From the NCBI GenBank assembly GCA_041671325.1, contig JBAZBR010000001.1, positions 221,332 to 285,331 of the forward strand: a stretch of 64,000 nt of DNA, given 5' to 3'. Below the pieces are notes generated by a model. That model was not told the DNA's origin. It worked only from the letters and a program-made list of their open reading frames with translations, and did no database searches. The DNA is from Patescibacteria group bacterium. GTDB lineage: Bacteria > Patescibacteriota > Patescibacteriia > PEXW01. Shown one piece after another: positions 36,375 through 46,407 of the stretch; position 1 is the first letter of the stretch; every line of letters begins with the position of its first letter. Position numbers and translations under genes: made by a program.

Positions 36375-39356
36375 ATGGGAAATAGCAAAAAAGTCGGTAA
36401 AACAATAGGCATTATTGTTTTAGGAGCGGTTTTATTTATTATGCCGATAATAGCAAGGAGTTCAGCGGTTGACATAAAAAGTCAGAGGCAGGCCGACTTT
36501 AACCAGACTTTAATTTCAAATGATAAACGGTACGAAATCACATCTGAAGATATAAAAAGGGGGTACGTGGAAGGCGAAGTACTGGTTAAATTTCAAGAGA
36601 ATAAAATTGATTTAAATAGTTCTCTTGACGATAAAAAAATTCAAGTATTCTATCAGGATAAAGCCGTAAGAGGCGAGAGCATAATTAAAGAGGAAAATTT
36701 AGCTTTATTAAAATCTGACAATAAGACAACGGAAAATCTTATAAACGAACTAAGAAAGGATACGGCAGTGGAATACGTTGAACCAAATTATATTCGTCAT
36801 TACGAGGGCGTACCAAATGATACAGATTTTAATAAATTATGGGGTCTGCATAATTCCGGACAAAATGTTAATGGAGTCACGGGGACAAACGATGCTGATA
36901 TTGATGCTCCGGAAGCATGGGATATTCAAACAGATAGCAATTCACTAACTGTTGCTGTTATTGACTCTGGGATAGCGCCCAATCATCCTGATTTATCATC
37001 AAATTTAGTTGCCGGTTGGGATTTTGTAGATAATGATTCAACCACCGACGACATGGTTGGACATGGCACTCATGTAGCTGGAATTATTGGGGCAGTGGGG
37101 AACAATAGCCAGGGTATAACGGGATTAAATTGGAATGTAAAAATAATGCCGTTAAAAGTCGGTGATCTTGAAGGCGTAACAACTGCCAGGTTTATATCAG
37201 CGTTAGATTTTGCAGTTGATAACGGGATTAAAATTGTTAATTATAGTGTCGGTGGATATAGTTATAGTAGTTTAGAATATTGGGCGATAGAATCTGCTAG
37301 AAACAACGGAGTATTATTGATAGCTGCTGCCGGTAACGAGGCAAATAATAATGATGGAACTCATCACTATCCATCTGATTATGATTTAGATAACATCATA
37401 TCAGTAGCCGCGACGGATCAAGATGATAATTTAGCCGAATTTTCAAATTACGGAACCACTTCGGTCGATGTAACCGCACCTGGAAAGAATATTTATAGTA
37501 CAGTACCATATAATGCCTTTTTTGAAACTTTTGAAAACGCAACTAAGCCTGGATTTACTGGAACAAATTTTACATCAAGCGGATCAAATAATTATTGGGA
37601 AACGTGGGGAACATCTAATATTAATGCTTGGGGCAATCATAATTTATACCCTTACGAAGCTAATTCAAATGGAATTCTTACCTCAAGCGCCGTTGATAGC
37701 TCTGCACAAAGTATAGTTATACTGCAATATGATTATCAAATAGAAGCGGAAAATTCCTTTTTATGTTTAAATGATTATTTATCCACCGAAGTCTATGACG
37801 GCAGTATCTGGCATGAAGTCGCTTATTATTGCGGCAAGCGGGGAGATATAGAGAGTATTAATATTAGTGTTTATAAAAACGCTGATTTGAAAGTAAGGTT
37901 TAAATGGGTGACTAACAGTTCGGATAATAATTATAGCGGTACTTATATTGATAATATAAAGATACTTTATCCAAATTCAACAAGCGGTGGGTATGAGTAT
38001 ATGGACGGTACCTCAATGGCCACTCCTTATGTAACAGGTCTAGCCGCACTAATTAAATCTTACAAGCCAAGTTATTCCTATAAAGCAATAAAGGAAAACA
38101 TTATCAACAATGTTGATAAAAAGGATTCATTAAGTGGTAAAGTTTTATCTGGTGGCAGGATTAACGCTTATAATAGTTTACTAAATGTAGATATCACACC
38201 TCCTACGGCAATCTTCACTTATTCGAAAACAGACCAAACGAACGGGAACGTAATAGCAACTTTAGTTCCTAGTGAACCAGTTAACATAACAAATAACAGC
38301 GGTTTAAACACCCGAACTTTTACGGAGAATGGCAGTTTTACCTTTGAATTCGAGGACGCGGCGGGAAATGTTGGTTCGGCGACAGCTACTGTAAGTAACA
38401 TTGATAAAGTAAGGCCAATTATTACTTTTTCTGGAAGCACTCCGGTGAATATTACCCAAGGCGAAGCCTATGCTGATGCTGGAGCGACCGCGTCGGATAA
38501 TTTTGATGGAGATATTACATCCAGGATCGTAGTCGTGAATCCGGTTAATACTTCAGTTGCTGGATCGTACACTATCACTTATAACGTGACGGACTCCGCT
38601 GGGAACACCGCGGAACAAGTTGTTCGAATAGTGAATGTGAATGCTCCACCAGCACCACCTCCTCCACCTCCGCCCGCGCCAACCGCACCCGCGCCGGTAG
38701 TTTCAACGCCACCCATAAGCACGCCTACGTCTCCAGTACTTATACCCAAGGTATTAGGCGAGGAAGTTATTGTGCCCGTGATTACAAGTTTAAAATTGAG
38801 CAAAGGCGAGTATAAATATAAATTAAATGGAAAAATTATTTCGATTAAGCCATTTGGTACTTCTTACAAAGGTAAAGTATGGGCGAAAAAAGTAAATTTT
38901 GGCACAGAACTTGGCGTAGTTTATTTGTTTATAAATTCTGAAAAGCTGAAAACCGGGGCAGTAAAAATGTATAGTACCCAGGGCAAATTAATTGGTACAT
39001 TCAAGCCATACGGCGGTTTTGCGACAAATGGTTTAAACGCCGATATAACTATTATTAACAATGAAGTTTACTTAGCAGTTGGCACGACTAAGGCTGGAAC
39101 TACTGCCAGGATATACAAGGTTACGAATAAAACCCTTAAAAGTATTAATACGGTAAAAGCCTCTAAATCCAACGGAAACGTCATTGTGGCATATTTAAAA
39201 CTTTATAGTGGCCAATATGGCTTGGTAACCATGCTGAAAAACCAAAAGTCAACTATAAAAGTTTGGAAGTATGATTCAATAAAGAACAAATTTATTGAGG
39301 ATACGAAATTCAATAAGAAAAAGATCAAAGTTGTTAATGGTATCCCGAAATTATAA
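36375..39356 (+). CDS. Secreted subtilisin-like serine protease (S8 family) with a Pro-rich linker and C-terminal Ig-like domains
   Basis: Catalytic triad motifs VAVIDSGI (Asp), HGTHVAGIIG (His) and GTSMATPYVTG (Ser). PPAPPPPPPPAPTAPAP linker. DUF5011-like Ig repeat. Confidence 0.9.
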   Translation: MGNSKKVGKTIGIIVLGAVLFIMPIIARSSAVDIKSQRQADFNQTLISNDKRYEITSEDIKRGYVEGEVLVKFQENKIDLNSSLDDKKIQVFYQDKAVRGESIIKEENLALLKSDNKTTENLINELRKDTAVEYVEPNYIRHYEGVPNDTDFNKLWGLHNSGQNVNGVTGTNDADIDAPEAWDIQTDSNSLTVAVIDSGIAPNHPDLSSNLVAGWDFVDNDSTTDDMVGHGTHVAGIIGAVGNNSQGITGLNWNVKIMPLKVGDLEGVTTARFISALDFAVDNGIKIVNYSVGGYSYSSLEYWAIESARNNGVLLIAAAGNEANNNDGTHHYPSDYDLDNIISVAATDQDDNLAEFSNYGTTSVDVTAPGKNIYSTVPYNAFFETFENATKPGFTGTNFTSSGSNNYWETWGTSNINAWGNHNLYPYEANSNGILTSSAVDSSAQSIVILQYDYQIEAENSFLCLNDYLSTEVYDGSIWHEVAYYCGKRGDIESINISVYKNADLKVRFKWVTNSSDNNYSGTYIDNIKILYPNSTSGGYEYMDGTSMATPYVTGLAALIKSYKPSYSYKAIKENIINNVDKKDSLSGKVLSGGRINAYNSLLNVDITPPTAIFTYSKTDQTNGNVIATLVPSEPVNITNNSGLNTRTFTENGSFTFEFEDAAGNVGSATATVSNIDKVRPIITFSGSTPVNITQGEAYADAGATASDNFDGDITSRIVVVNPVNTSVAGSYTITYNVTDSAGNTAEQVVRIVNVNAPPAPPPPPPPAPTAPAPVVSTPPISTPTSPVLIPKVLGEEVIVPVITSLKLSKGEYKYKLNGKIISIKPFGTSYKGKVWAKKVNFGTELGVVYLFINSEKLKTGAVKMYSTQGKLIGTFKPYGGFATNGLNADITIINNEVYLAVGTTKAGTTARIYKVTNKTLKSINTVKASKSNGNVIVAYLKLYSGQYGLVTMLKNQKSTIKVWKYDSIKNKFIEDTKFNKKKIKVVNGIPKL

Positions 39357-39432
39357 ACTACGATTAGTTACAAAATAGGTGGTGTTGAAACGTAGAAAGA
39401 AAGGAAGTAGACAATCGTCAACCTCACCCCTA

Positions 39433-39462
39433 CCCTCTCCTATATAGGAGAGGGGGTTTCGT
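39433..39462 (+). terminator. Hairpin terminator after the protease gene (CCCTCTCC-tatata-GGAGAGGG + GGTTTCG)
   Basis: Perfect 8-bp palindrome followed by a weak U tract. Confidence 0.45.
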
Positions 39463-39548
39463 ATACGATCTAACCCAGCTGGTAAAATACCTTGTTCGTA
39501 ATAACCTTAAGGGTTGACAAAACTTAATAACCTGCTAGCTTAAAGTAA

Positions 39549-39576
39549 AGCGCCGTCGCGAAATCAGCGCCGTCGC
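39549..39576. promoter_or_regulatory. Direct repeat AGCGCCGTCGC x2 (17-bp register), 24 bp upstream of the asparaginase gene; candidate regulator binding site
   Basis: Two identical GC-rich 11-mers in an AT-rich intergenic region, read directly. Confidence 0.3.
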
Positions 39577-39599
39577 TAATCCAATAAAATATCGGTTTT

Positions 39600-40622
39600 A
39601 TGGCCAAAAGCCTGCCTAAGATCATCTTGCTGTTTGCCGGCGGATCAACTCTTCAAATCGAAGGGGGCGGGGTGATGACTGTAAATTCACCCAAAGATAT
39701 CCAAGCCTGGATGGACCAAGTCCCAGAGCTGGCCCTGATCGCCAAAGTCGAACCGGTTTTTGTCATGCCTGACGGCAAGCATATTGAAATCCCGGACTGG
39801 AATATTTTGGCGCAAAAAGTTTTGCAGTATACCGACGATTATGACGGCTTTGTGATTTTGCAGGGCGTGGACACTATGCTCTACACCAGCGCCTTCTTGT
39901 CGTATGTTTTGAAAGATTTGGCCAAGCCCGTGGTTATCACTGGTTCGCCTTTGACCCCAACTTTGCAAGCGGCCAAGGAAGCGGAAAAAGCCACCATCAA
40001 TTATCGCAATCTGGGAGTGCGCGCCAACCTCATTAATGCTATTCAAGTTTCCACTTTCAAAGTTCCGGAAGTAACCATTGCTTTTGGCAACCAGGTTATC
40101 CGCGCCAACCGGGCCAGGAAATCGCCGAATATTTCTTTTAACATGTTTGACGCGGACGAGCGCGATGTCATGGGCCGTGTGGATTTTGGCATTAAGTTAA
40201 AAAGTGAAAGCGAAAAAACCGTGGAGCCGAAAAAAATCCATCTCACCGAAGTTAAGCCCGCTAACCTGAAAATCCTGACCATCCACCCGACTTTTGAACC
40301 CGAAGAATTGAATGAAGCCATAAAGAATTTGCCTGACGGCATCCTTATCCAAACTTTCATGCAAGAAGGCTGGCCCGAAAGTTTGCAATACCTATTGAAA
40401 GTTGCCAACGACAAGGAAATTCCAGTCGTAGTTTTAAATCCGTATTTTGCCCTGGCTACCAAACTGCCGAACGTGCAAATGGTCTCGGGTATTTCATTGG
40501 AAGCTTTGTACGCTAAATTCCTCTGGGCTCTGTCGAAAGCTCGGAATCCCCAAATTGTCTTGCAATTAATCAGCCAAAATCGCGCTGGGGAGTTTGGGCT
40601 GGAAGAAAAGAAAGCCAAATAG
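39600..40622 (+). CDS. L-asparaginase family protein (type I / GatD-like)
   Basis: ILLFAGGST (the TGGT-like motif region), VILQGVDTMLYTSAFLSY and VVITGS. Confidence 0.65.
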   Translation: MAKSLPKIILLFAGGSTLQIEGGGVMTVNSPKDIQAWMDQVPELALIAKVEPVFVMPDGKHIEIPDWNILAQKVLQYTDDYDGFVILQGVDTMLYTSAFLSYVLKDLAKPVVITGSPLTPTLQAAKEAEKATINYRNLGVRANLINAIQVSTFKVPEVTIAFGNQVIRANRARKSPNISFNMFDADERDVMGRVDFGIKLKSESEKTVEPKKIHLTEVKPANLKILTIHPTFEPEELNEAIKNLPDGILIQTFMQEGWPESLQYLLKVANDKEIPVVVLNPYFALATKLPNVQMVSGISLEALYAKFLWALSKARNPQIVLQLISQNRAGEFGLEEKKAK

Positions 40623-41226
40623 TATGCGCGTCTATTTCTTCCAAGCCCCCAGCGACAAGCCCCGGTTTGAAAATATCCGAATGGAGATTTTGGAAGTTTT
40701 AGACATGAAAAAAGTTTTTTATGTTACTTCTGACGGCAAAAACAGTTTGGATATTCCCGCCGAAGAATTGGAAGCCTTGAACGAAAGCGGGGGATCCATG
40801 CTAGATAAGATGGATGCTTTAGTCATTGAAGGCTCCACGCCAGATGCGGACATTGGCTATTTATTGGCTTATGCCATGAGTTTGCGACGACCAACCTTGT
40901 ATTTGTATGATAAGGATATTTCCAATAAAGGCGTTTTGAAGTTTTTAGGCAATCGCCAAATCCCCGGGCACATCCATGTCAAATCATATTCCGGTGAACA
41001 GGTTAAGGATTTCGTGGACAAATTCATAACGGATTTGCAAGGCGATGAAGCCGAGGAATTGCCTAGCATTAAATTCACCTTACGCATTACCCCGCAAATG
41101 GAGAGGTACTTGCAATGGAAAGCCAAGAAATTCAAGATGACCAAGGCAGATTTCCTGCGGGAAAAAATTTCCGTAGAGCTGATTGAAAAGGATGAGGAAT
41201 ATCAAAAATATTTAAAGAAGAAATGA
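40594..41226 (+). CDS. Hypothetical protein with a nucleoside 2-deoxyribosyltransferase-like core and a C-terminal ribbon-helix-helix-like tail. The likely start is the ATG at 40624 (MRVYFF).
   Basis: ALVIEGSTPDADIGYLLAYAMSLRRPTLYLYD resembles the NDT/YtoQ-fold active region. The C-terminus is TLRITPQMERYLQWKAKKFKMTKADFLREKI. Confidence 0.4.
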   Translation: MGWKKRKPNSMRVYFFQAPSDKPRFENIRMEILEVLDMKKVFYVTSDGKNSLDIPAEELEALNESGGSMLDKMDALVIEGSTPDADIGYLLAYAMSLRRPTLYLYDKDISNKGVLKFLGNRQIPGHIHVKSYSGEQVKDFVDKFITDLQGDEAEELPSIKFTLRITPQMERYLQWKAKKFKMTKADFLREKISVELIEKDEEYQKYLKKK

Positions 41227-41227
41227 T

Positions 41228-42640
41228 ATGATTGAACTATTAAAAATAATTTATTGGTTAGTTGCAATTACGAACTTTATTGTAGCAGTTTTCGTTTTGT
41301 TAAAGGGGATAAAGAAAAAGCCTAACTGGTTATTTTTTCTTTTGGTAATGGCATGTAATGGCTGGTTAATCTCAAATTATTTTTCATATTTCGTCAGAGA
41401 TCTAAATGTTGCTTTAATTGCAGCACGGGTATCTTACTTTTTTGCCTCATTAATAATGCCATTTTTAATTCTTTTTGTTTATAACTTCCCATTCAAGACA
41501 AGTTTTAAGAATAAAAATTATTTCATTATAATTATTCCTGCAATACTTTCTGTGTTTTTATCTTTTGGTCCATGGTTTGTTAAAAGTATTGAGATTAAAG
41601 AAAAAATTAATTTCTATGTTAATGGGAATTTGCATTTATTTTATACTTTATCGATTGGATTATATCTAATCATTTATTGTTACATTTATTTTAAGAAGTT
41701 TAAACAAGCGAATCCGATTGAAAAATCAAAATTAAAATATATTGTAATAGGGTTAATAATTACCGCACTTTTTAGTATTTATTTTGATTTATTATATCCA
41801 TATATTCATAAAATTGAAGCTTGGTCTGGCGGAGTTTATGGTTCACCAACAACAATAATTTTTACTCTATCTGTTGCTTATGCGATTTTACGTTACAGGC
41901 TTTTAGACATACGGATCGTCATTCAAAAAAGCTTTGTGCAATTGATGACTTTTGTGATTTTGTTTGCGATTTATGCTTATGCTCTGATTTTAATTCAGAA
42001 TGTTTCCAGCAAATCCGTGGCTTTAAATAATAATACTGGTTTATTAATTACTATTTTTGTCATTGCTTTAACTATTGAACCTCTCCGCAAATGGATCTAC
42101 AAACTTATTGACGGGATTTTTGAGAATAAGGAAAAACAAAGGCAAGAGGCCTTGCAAAGGGTGCAATTAGTCACTAATTCCACATTGCAATTCCAAACTT
42201 TACTAACCAAGACCCAAGTTGAATTGGAATCTGTTTTCGGGTCAGGAATTGACTTTTACTTGGCAGAAAGAAAGACTGGGAATTTTATCCAATATCCAAA
42301 AGGTGATAAAAAATTGGCTATGGAAAATTCTGTAGGTATGAAAATTTTACCGGGTAATATTCTCATTGCTGATGAATTACCCTATAGGATTGAAAACGGT
42401 GAGACTGCATTAATCCACACCTCGGATTGGTTAAAACAAAACCATTACTCAGCAGTTGTGCCCATTGGCTCAGAAGAGGAAATGGTAGGCATCTTTTGCC
42501 TTCCAATTAGTACCGGCCATCAAAAACCCATTACCGCAGACATGGTTAGGTTTTTGAAGGAATTCCAAACCTCGGTCTTTTTCCCTTTTGCCAGCGCTTA
42601 TGCCTACAAGTTGGCGATTGAGAGAATTGCGCTGAAGTAA
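41228..42640 (+). CDS. 7TM receptor-type sensor domain protein (HisKA_7TM-like) with a cytoplasmic GAF-like C-terminal domain; no output domain
   Basis: Seven predicted TM helices including ILRYRLLDIRIVIQ, then a ~190-aa soluble domain. Confidence 0.45.
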   Translation: MIELLKIIYWLVAITNFIVAVFVLLKGIKKKPNWLFFLLVMACNGWLISNYFSYFVRDLNVALIAARVSYFFASLIMPFLILFVYNFPFKTSFKNKNYFIIIIPAILSVFLSFGPWFVKSIEIKEKINFYVNGNLHLFYTLSIGLYLIIYCYIYFKKFKQANPIEKSKLKYIVIGLIITALFSIYFDLLYPYIHKIEAWSGGVYGSPTTIIFTLSVAYAILRYRLLDIRIVIQKSFVQLMTFVILFAIYAYALILIQNVSSKSVALNNNTGLLITIFVIALTIEPLRKWIYKLIDGIFENKEKQRQEALQRVQLVTNSTLQFQTLLTKTQVELESVFGSGIDFYLAERKTGNFIQYPKGDKKLAMENSVGMKILPGNILIADELPYRIENGETALIHTSDWLKQNHYSAVVPIGSEEEMVGIFCLPISTGHQKPITADMVRFLKEFQTSVFFPFASAYAYKLAIERIALK

Positions 42641-42725
42641 TCTAATGACGTATAAAAATAAACTTGCCAGACTGTTTTAAGCATATTAAGCTGAGAATAA
42701 CTTAGAATATTAACCCCCTAAATAT

Positions 42726-43457
42726 ATGAAAGGAGTAATTTTAGCCGGTGGCACTGGTTCCAGGTTATTCCCTTTAACCAAAGTCACCAATAAGCACTTA
42801 TTACCGGTTTACAACAAACCCATGATTTTTTATCCTTTGCAAACCTTGAAGGACGCAGGAGTAAAAGATATTATGATAATTTCCGGCAAGGGCCATGCTG
42901 GCGGTTTTTTGGAACTTCTGGGTGATGGTCATGATTTTGGCGTACGTTTGTCATATGGCGTGCAAGAGCAACCAGGCGGTATTGCTCAAGCTTTGGGTTT
43001 GGCCGAAGATTTTGCCGATAACCAAAAAATCGTAGTAATTTTGGGTGATAATATTTTAGAAGATAATATTGCCAAAGCCACCAGTGATTTTGAAAATCAG
43101 GAAAAAGGCGGTAAAATATTTTTAAAAGAAGTGGAGAATCCAAAATCTTTTGGCGTAGCAGAAGTCCAGGGTGATAAAATTATCGGCATTGTGGAAAAGC
43201 CTGCCGAACCCAAAAGCAATTTAGCCGTGATCGGGGTGTATATGTATGACGCTGATGTTTTTCAAGTGATTAAAACCTTAAAGCCTTCAGCCAGGGGCGA
43301 ATTGGAAGTTACGGATTTAAATAATTATTATGTCGGAGAGGGAACCATGACTTATGAAATCTTGAAAGGTTCTTGGGGTGATGGCGGAGAGTCATTTGAT
43401 TCATTACTCAAAGCCTCGATTCAGGCTGCAGAGTGGGAAAAACGTAAGCAATTTTAG
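42726..43457 (+). CDS. rmlA: Glucose-1-phosphate thymidylyltransferase-like sugar nucleotidyltransferase (short form)
   Basis: MKGVILAGGTGSRLFPLTKVTNKHLLPVYNKPMIFYPL aligns to the RmlA N-terminus. Confidence 0.7.
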   Translation: MKGVILAGGTGSRLFPLTKVTNKHLLPVYNKPMIFYPLQTLKDAGVKDIMIISGKGHAGGFLELLGDGHDFGVRLSYGVQEQPGGIAQALGLAEDFADNQKIVVILGDNILEDNIAKATSDFENQEKGGKIFLKEVENPKSFGVAEVQGDKIIGIVEKPAEPKSNLAVIGVYMYDADVFQVIKTLKPSARGELEVTDLNNYYVGEGTMTYEILKGSWGDGGESFDSLLKASIQAAEWEKRKQF

Positions 43458-43618
43458 GCAGACAGTTCAAGGCCATTGTTTAATTGACTAAGCCGATTTT
43501 TGGTACGCTAGATTCATAGGCAAAAATAAATTACTAAGTTGACGCGTACTAATATGGTTCTTATACTGTTGATAGAAAAATAACGAATCGTTCTTCTCAT
43601 TTAGGAAGGGGTTGACTA

Positions 43619-43828
43619 ATGGCTTTATTAACACCTGAGCAAGAAGCTGTTTTACGGGCTAAAGTTGCTGAAAGGTTTCCTGGCGATGCGTTGCAAAAAC
43701 TTGCGGCCGATCAATCATTAGCTCCTTGGTGGAATGGAGTTGTAGATCGACTTGATAGCGCTATGCGCACTATTGATATTGACCAACTTGCTTCGTTGGC
43801 CGCAGCTCAAAACAAAATGGTTGATTGA
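43619..43828 (+). CDS. Hypothetical small protein (GC-rich), followed by terminator 43853-43881
   Basis: 69-aa ORF preceded by an AGGAAGGGG SD and followed by ACAGGCGT...ACGCCTGT+T6. Confidence 0.35.
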   Translation: MALLTPEQEAVLRAKVAERFPGDALQKLAADQSLAPWWNGVVDRLDSAMRTIDIDQLASLAAAQNKMVD

Positions 43829-43977
43829 TATCAGTGCATAAGTTCTTACGATACAGGCGTTTTCTTACGCCTGTATTTTTTGTAATAGTTTTGGATCTCT
43901 AAATGAAAATAGGTAAAAGAGTGTTTGCAAAAAACGAATTTTTCTGTTATAATAATACTATAAACAAATTTTTTATT

Positions 43978-45147
43978 ATGAATCTACGCTCTCTTAAGGA
44001 ATTAGCGCTTCAAGGCCAGCAAGTGGTTGTCCGGGTGGATTTTAATGTGCCCATTAAAAACGGTAAGGTCAATGATCCTTCCAGAATAAAAGCAGCTTTG
44101 CCTACTATTAATTACCTTCGGGAACAGCAGTGCCGGATTGTCTTGATTACCCACCTTGGCAAACCCAAAGGCACGCATGACCCGGCTTGCAGTCTGCAGC
44201 CAGTTTTTGATTACTTAGCTGGGATTATGCCCAGCGTAAAGTTTTCTACTTATGTTCCAGGGAGCGACGAGGCTATTAAAAGAAGCCAGGAAGTCAGGCC
44301 GGGAGATGTTTTGTTATTTGATAATTTAAGATTTCATGCCGGTGAAGAAGCCAATGATTTGGAATTTTCAAAAAAACTTGCGGCTCTGGGTGACATTTTT
44401 ATAAACGAAGCTTTTTCAGTTTGTCATCGCAAAGCCGCGTCAGTTTCCACCTTACCCAAGCTTTTGCCCTCGGCTGCGGGTTTTGAACTGCAAAAAGAAG
44501 TTGAGTATTTAAGTAATTTAATGGAAGAGCCTGAACGTCCTTTTATTGGCATTATTGGCGGGGCAAAAATTTCCACCAAGTTACCAGTGATCAGGAATTT
44601 ATTGGAAAAAGTTGATTATCTGTTATTAGGCGGAGCTTTAGCCAACACTATTTTAAAAGCCCAAGGTGTGGCAGTTGGTAAATCCTTGATTGAAGAAAGC
44701 ATGGTGGATGAGGTGAAAGATTTAAGCTTGGTAAATAATAAGCTTCGCGTGCCGATTGACGTGGTTATGGCGCCCAGCATTGAAGCGAATGCCCAATCCC
44801 AGACCGTGGCCGTGGCTAATGTACCGGATGACCAGAGAATTTTGGATATTGGGCCAGAGACTATTGAGCTTTACGACATGATTTTAAAGACGGCCAAGAC
44901 CGTGGTTTGGAACGGACCCATGGGCTATTTTGAATTGCCGCAATTTGAAGTTGGCACAAAACAAATTGCGGAAATCATGTCTAATTTAAATGCCCAGACT
45001 ATTGCCGGGGGCGGTGAAACCTTGGAAGCCATCACGGGCTTGAAATTAAGCGAAAAATTCACTTTTCTTTCCACTGGCGGGGGAGCCATGCTTTCTTATT
45101 TAGAAGGCAAAACTTTACCAGGCATAGAACCGCTAATTAAAATTTAA
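43978..45147 (+). CDS. pgk: Phosphoglycerate kinase
   Basis: VVVRVDFNVP and hinge/ATP-site motifs. The track ORF starts at 43903; the conserved N-terminus begins at the Met at 43978. Confidence 0.9.
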   Translation: MNLRSLKELALQGQQVVVRVDFNVPIKNGKVNDPSRIKAALPTINYLREQQCRIVLITHLGKPKGTHDPACSLQPVFDYLAGIMPSVKFSTYVPGSDEAIKRSQEVRPGDVLLFDNLRFHAGEEANDLEFSKKLAALGDIFINEAFSVCHRKAASVSTLPKLLPSAAGFELQKEVEYLSNLMEEPERPFIGIIGGAKISTKLPVIRNLLEKVDYLLLGGALANTILKAQGVAVGKSLIEESMVDEVKDLSLVNNKLRVPIDVVMAPSIEANAQSQTVAVANVPDDQRILDIGPETIELYDMILKTAKTVVWNGPMGYFELPQFEVGTKQIAEIMSNLNAQTIAGGGETLEAITGLKLSEKFTFLSTGGGAMLSYLEGKTLPGIEPLIKI

Positions 45148-45150
45148 ACC

Positions 45151-46407
45151 ATGCCAAAACTAATTAGTTTAAAAGCGATTGAAATTTTAGATTCACGCGG
45201 TAACCCAACTTTGCAGGTCAAAGCAGATTTTGATGATGGCAGCACTGGTACAGCTGGTGTGCCTTCAGGTGCTTCTACTGGTAGCCATGAAGCTTTGGAA
45301 TTGCGGGACAATGACCAGCGTTTTCATGGTAAAGGCGTCAGGAAAGCTGTTAGTAATGTCAACCAAGAAATCGCCAAAGTTTTAGTGGGTAAGGAAATTA
45401 AAGATTTGAAAAAAATTGATAAAAAACTTTGTACCTTGGATGGTACAAAAAATAAAGCCAGGCTGGGAGCCAACGCCATCTTGGGCGTTTCTTTGGCTAT
45501 GGCCAAAGCTTTGGCCAAAAGCCAAAAACAGCCTTTATATAAATTTTTAATTCAAGAGTATGGATTTAAGCTTGGACAAGTGAAATTTCCCAGGCCAATG
45601 TTCAATGTCATAAATGGCGGCTTGCATGCGGATTCGGGCTTGTCATTTCAGGAATACATGGTCATCCCTAAAACTGGAAATTTTCCAGAAGATGTCAGGT
45701 GCGGAGCAGAAGTTTTTCAAAGTTTAAAAAAATTATTGACAAACAAAAGCCTTTCTACTTTAGTCGGGGACGAAGGCGGTTTCGCGCCGAATTTAAGGTC
45801 TAATGAGGAGCCTTTGCAATTATTAGCTCAAGCCGTGGAACAAGCGGGTTATGAATTAGGCAAGGATGTGGAATTAGGTTTAGATGCGGCGGCAACCCAA
45901 TTACTCAAACCTGAAGGTGCGTACTCCCTGGCTTTGGAAGGCAAGGGCTTAACACCTGAGCAAATGATTGCCTTGTATTTGGAATGGCATAAAAAATACC
46001 ATTTATTTTCAGTTGAAGATGGCTTAGCAGAAGATGATTGGGAAAATTGGCAAGCCCTGACCTCGGGATTAACCAAAGCCAGCATGATGGTAGTCGGTGA
46101 CGATCTTTTTGTGACTAATACAGAAAGATTAAAAATTGGCATTCAAAAGGGCGTTGCTAATTCAATTTTAATTAAAGTTAACCAAATTGGAACTTTGACT
46201 GAAACCATTGAAGCCATAAAATTAGCGCAAAAAAATAATTATCAAGTGGTAGTTTCGCATCGTTCAGGTGAAACCTGTGATAGCACGATTGCGGATTTAG
46301 CCTTGGCAGTAGGCGCAGGCTTTATCAAGTCTGGCTCTTTATCCAGAAGCGAAAGATCCGCAAAATATAACCGTCTGCTGACTATTTGGGAGGAAACCAA
46401 TGGCTAA
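45151..46407 (+). CDS. eno: Enolase
   Basis: AIEILDSRGNPTLQV, SHRSGETCD and other canonical enolase motifs. Confidence 0.95.
   Translation: MPKLISLKAIEILDSRGNPTLQVKADFDDGSTGTAGVPSGASTGSHEALELRDNDQRFHGKGVRKAVSNVNQEIAKVLVGKEIKDLKKIDKKLCTLDGTKNKARLGANAILGVSLAMAKALAKSQKQPLYKFLIQEYGFKLGQVKFPRPMFNVINGGLHADSGLSFQEYMVIPKTGNFPEDVRCGAEVFQSLKKLLTNKSLSTLVGDEGGFAPNLRSNEEPLQLLAQAVEQAGYELGKDVELGLDAAATQLLKPEGAYSLALEGKGLTPEQMIALYLEWHKKYHLFSVEDGLAEDDWENWQALTSGLTKASMMVVGDDLFVTNTERLKIGIQKGVANSILIKVNQIGTLTETIEAIKLAQKNNYQVVVSHRSGETCDSTIADLALAVGAGFIKSGSLSRSERSAKYNRLLTIWEETNG

Noticed and set aside
38640-38700. Short-period repeats (CCACCTCC/CCGCGCC) flagged as a possible tandem repeat or CRISPR
   Set aside because: They lie inside the S8 protease ORF and encode a Pro/Ala-rich linker. 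The Gly-rich 35040-35100 repeat is likewise the coding tail of the DUF2207 protein. No spacer-repeat periodicity is present.
40043-40618. 191-aa minus-strand ORF, and similar antisense ORFs at 9614-10138, 10177-10617, 57556-58131 and 24737-25270
   Set aside because: All lie inside confidently called genes on the opposite strand (asparaginase, rplJ, rplL, ABC permease, membrane protein) and have no motifs.
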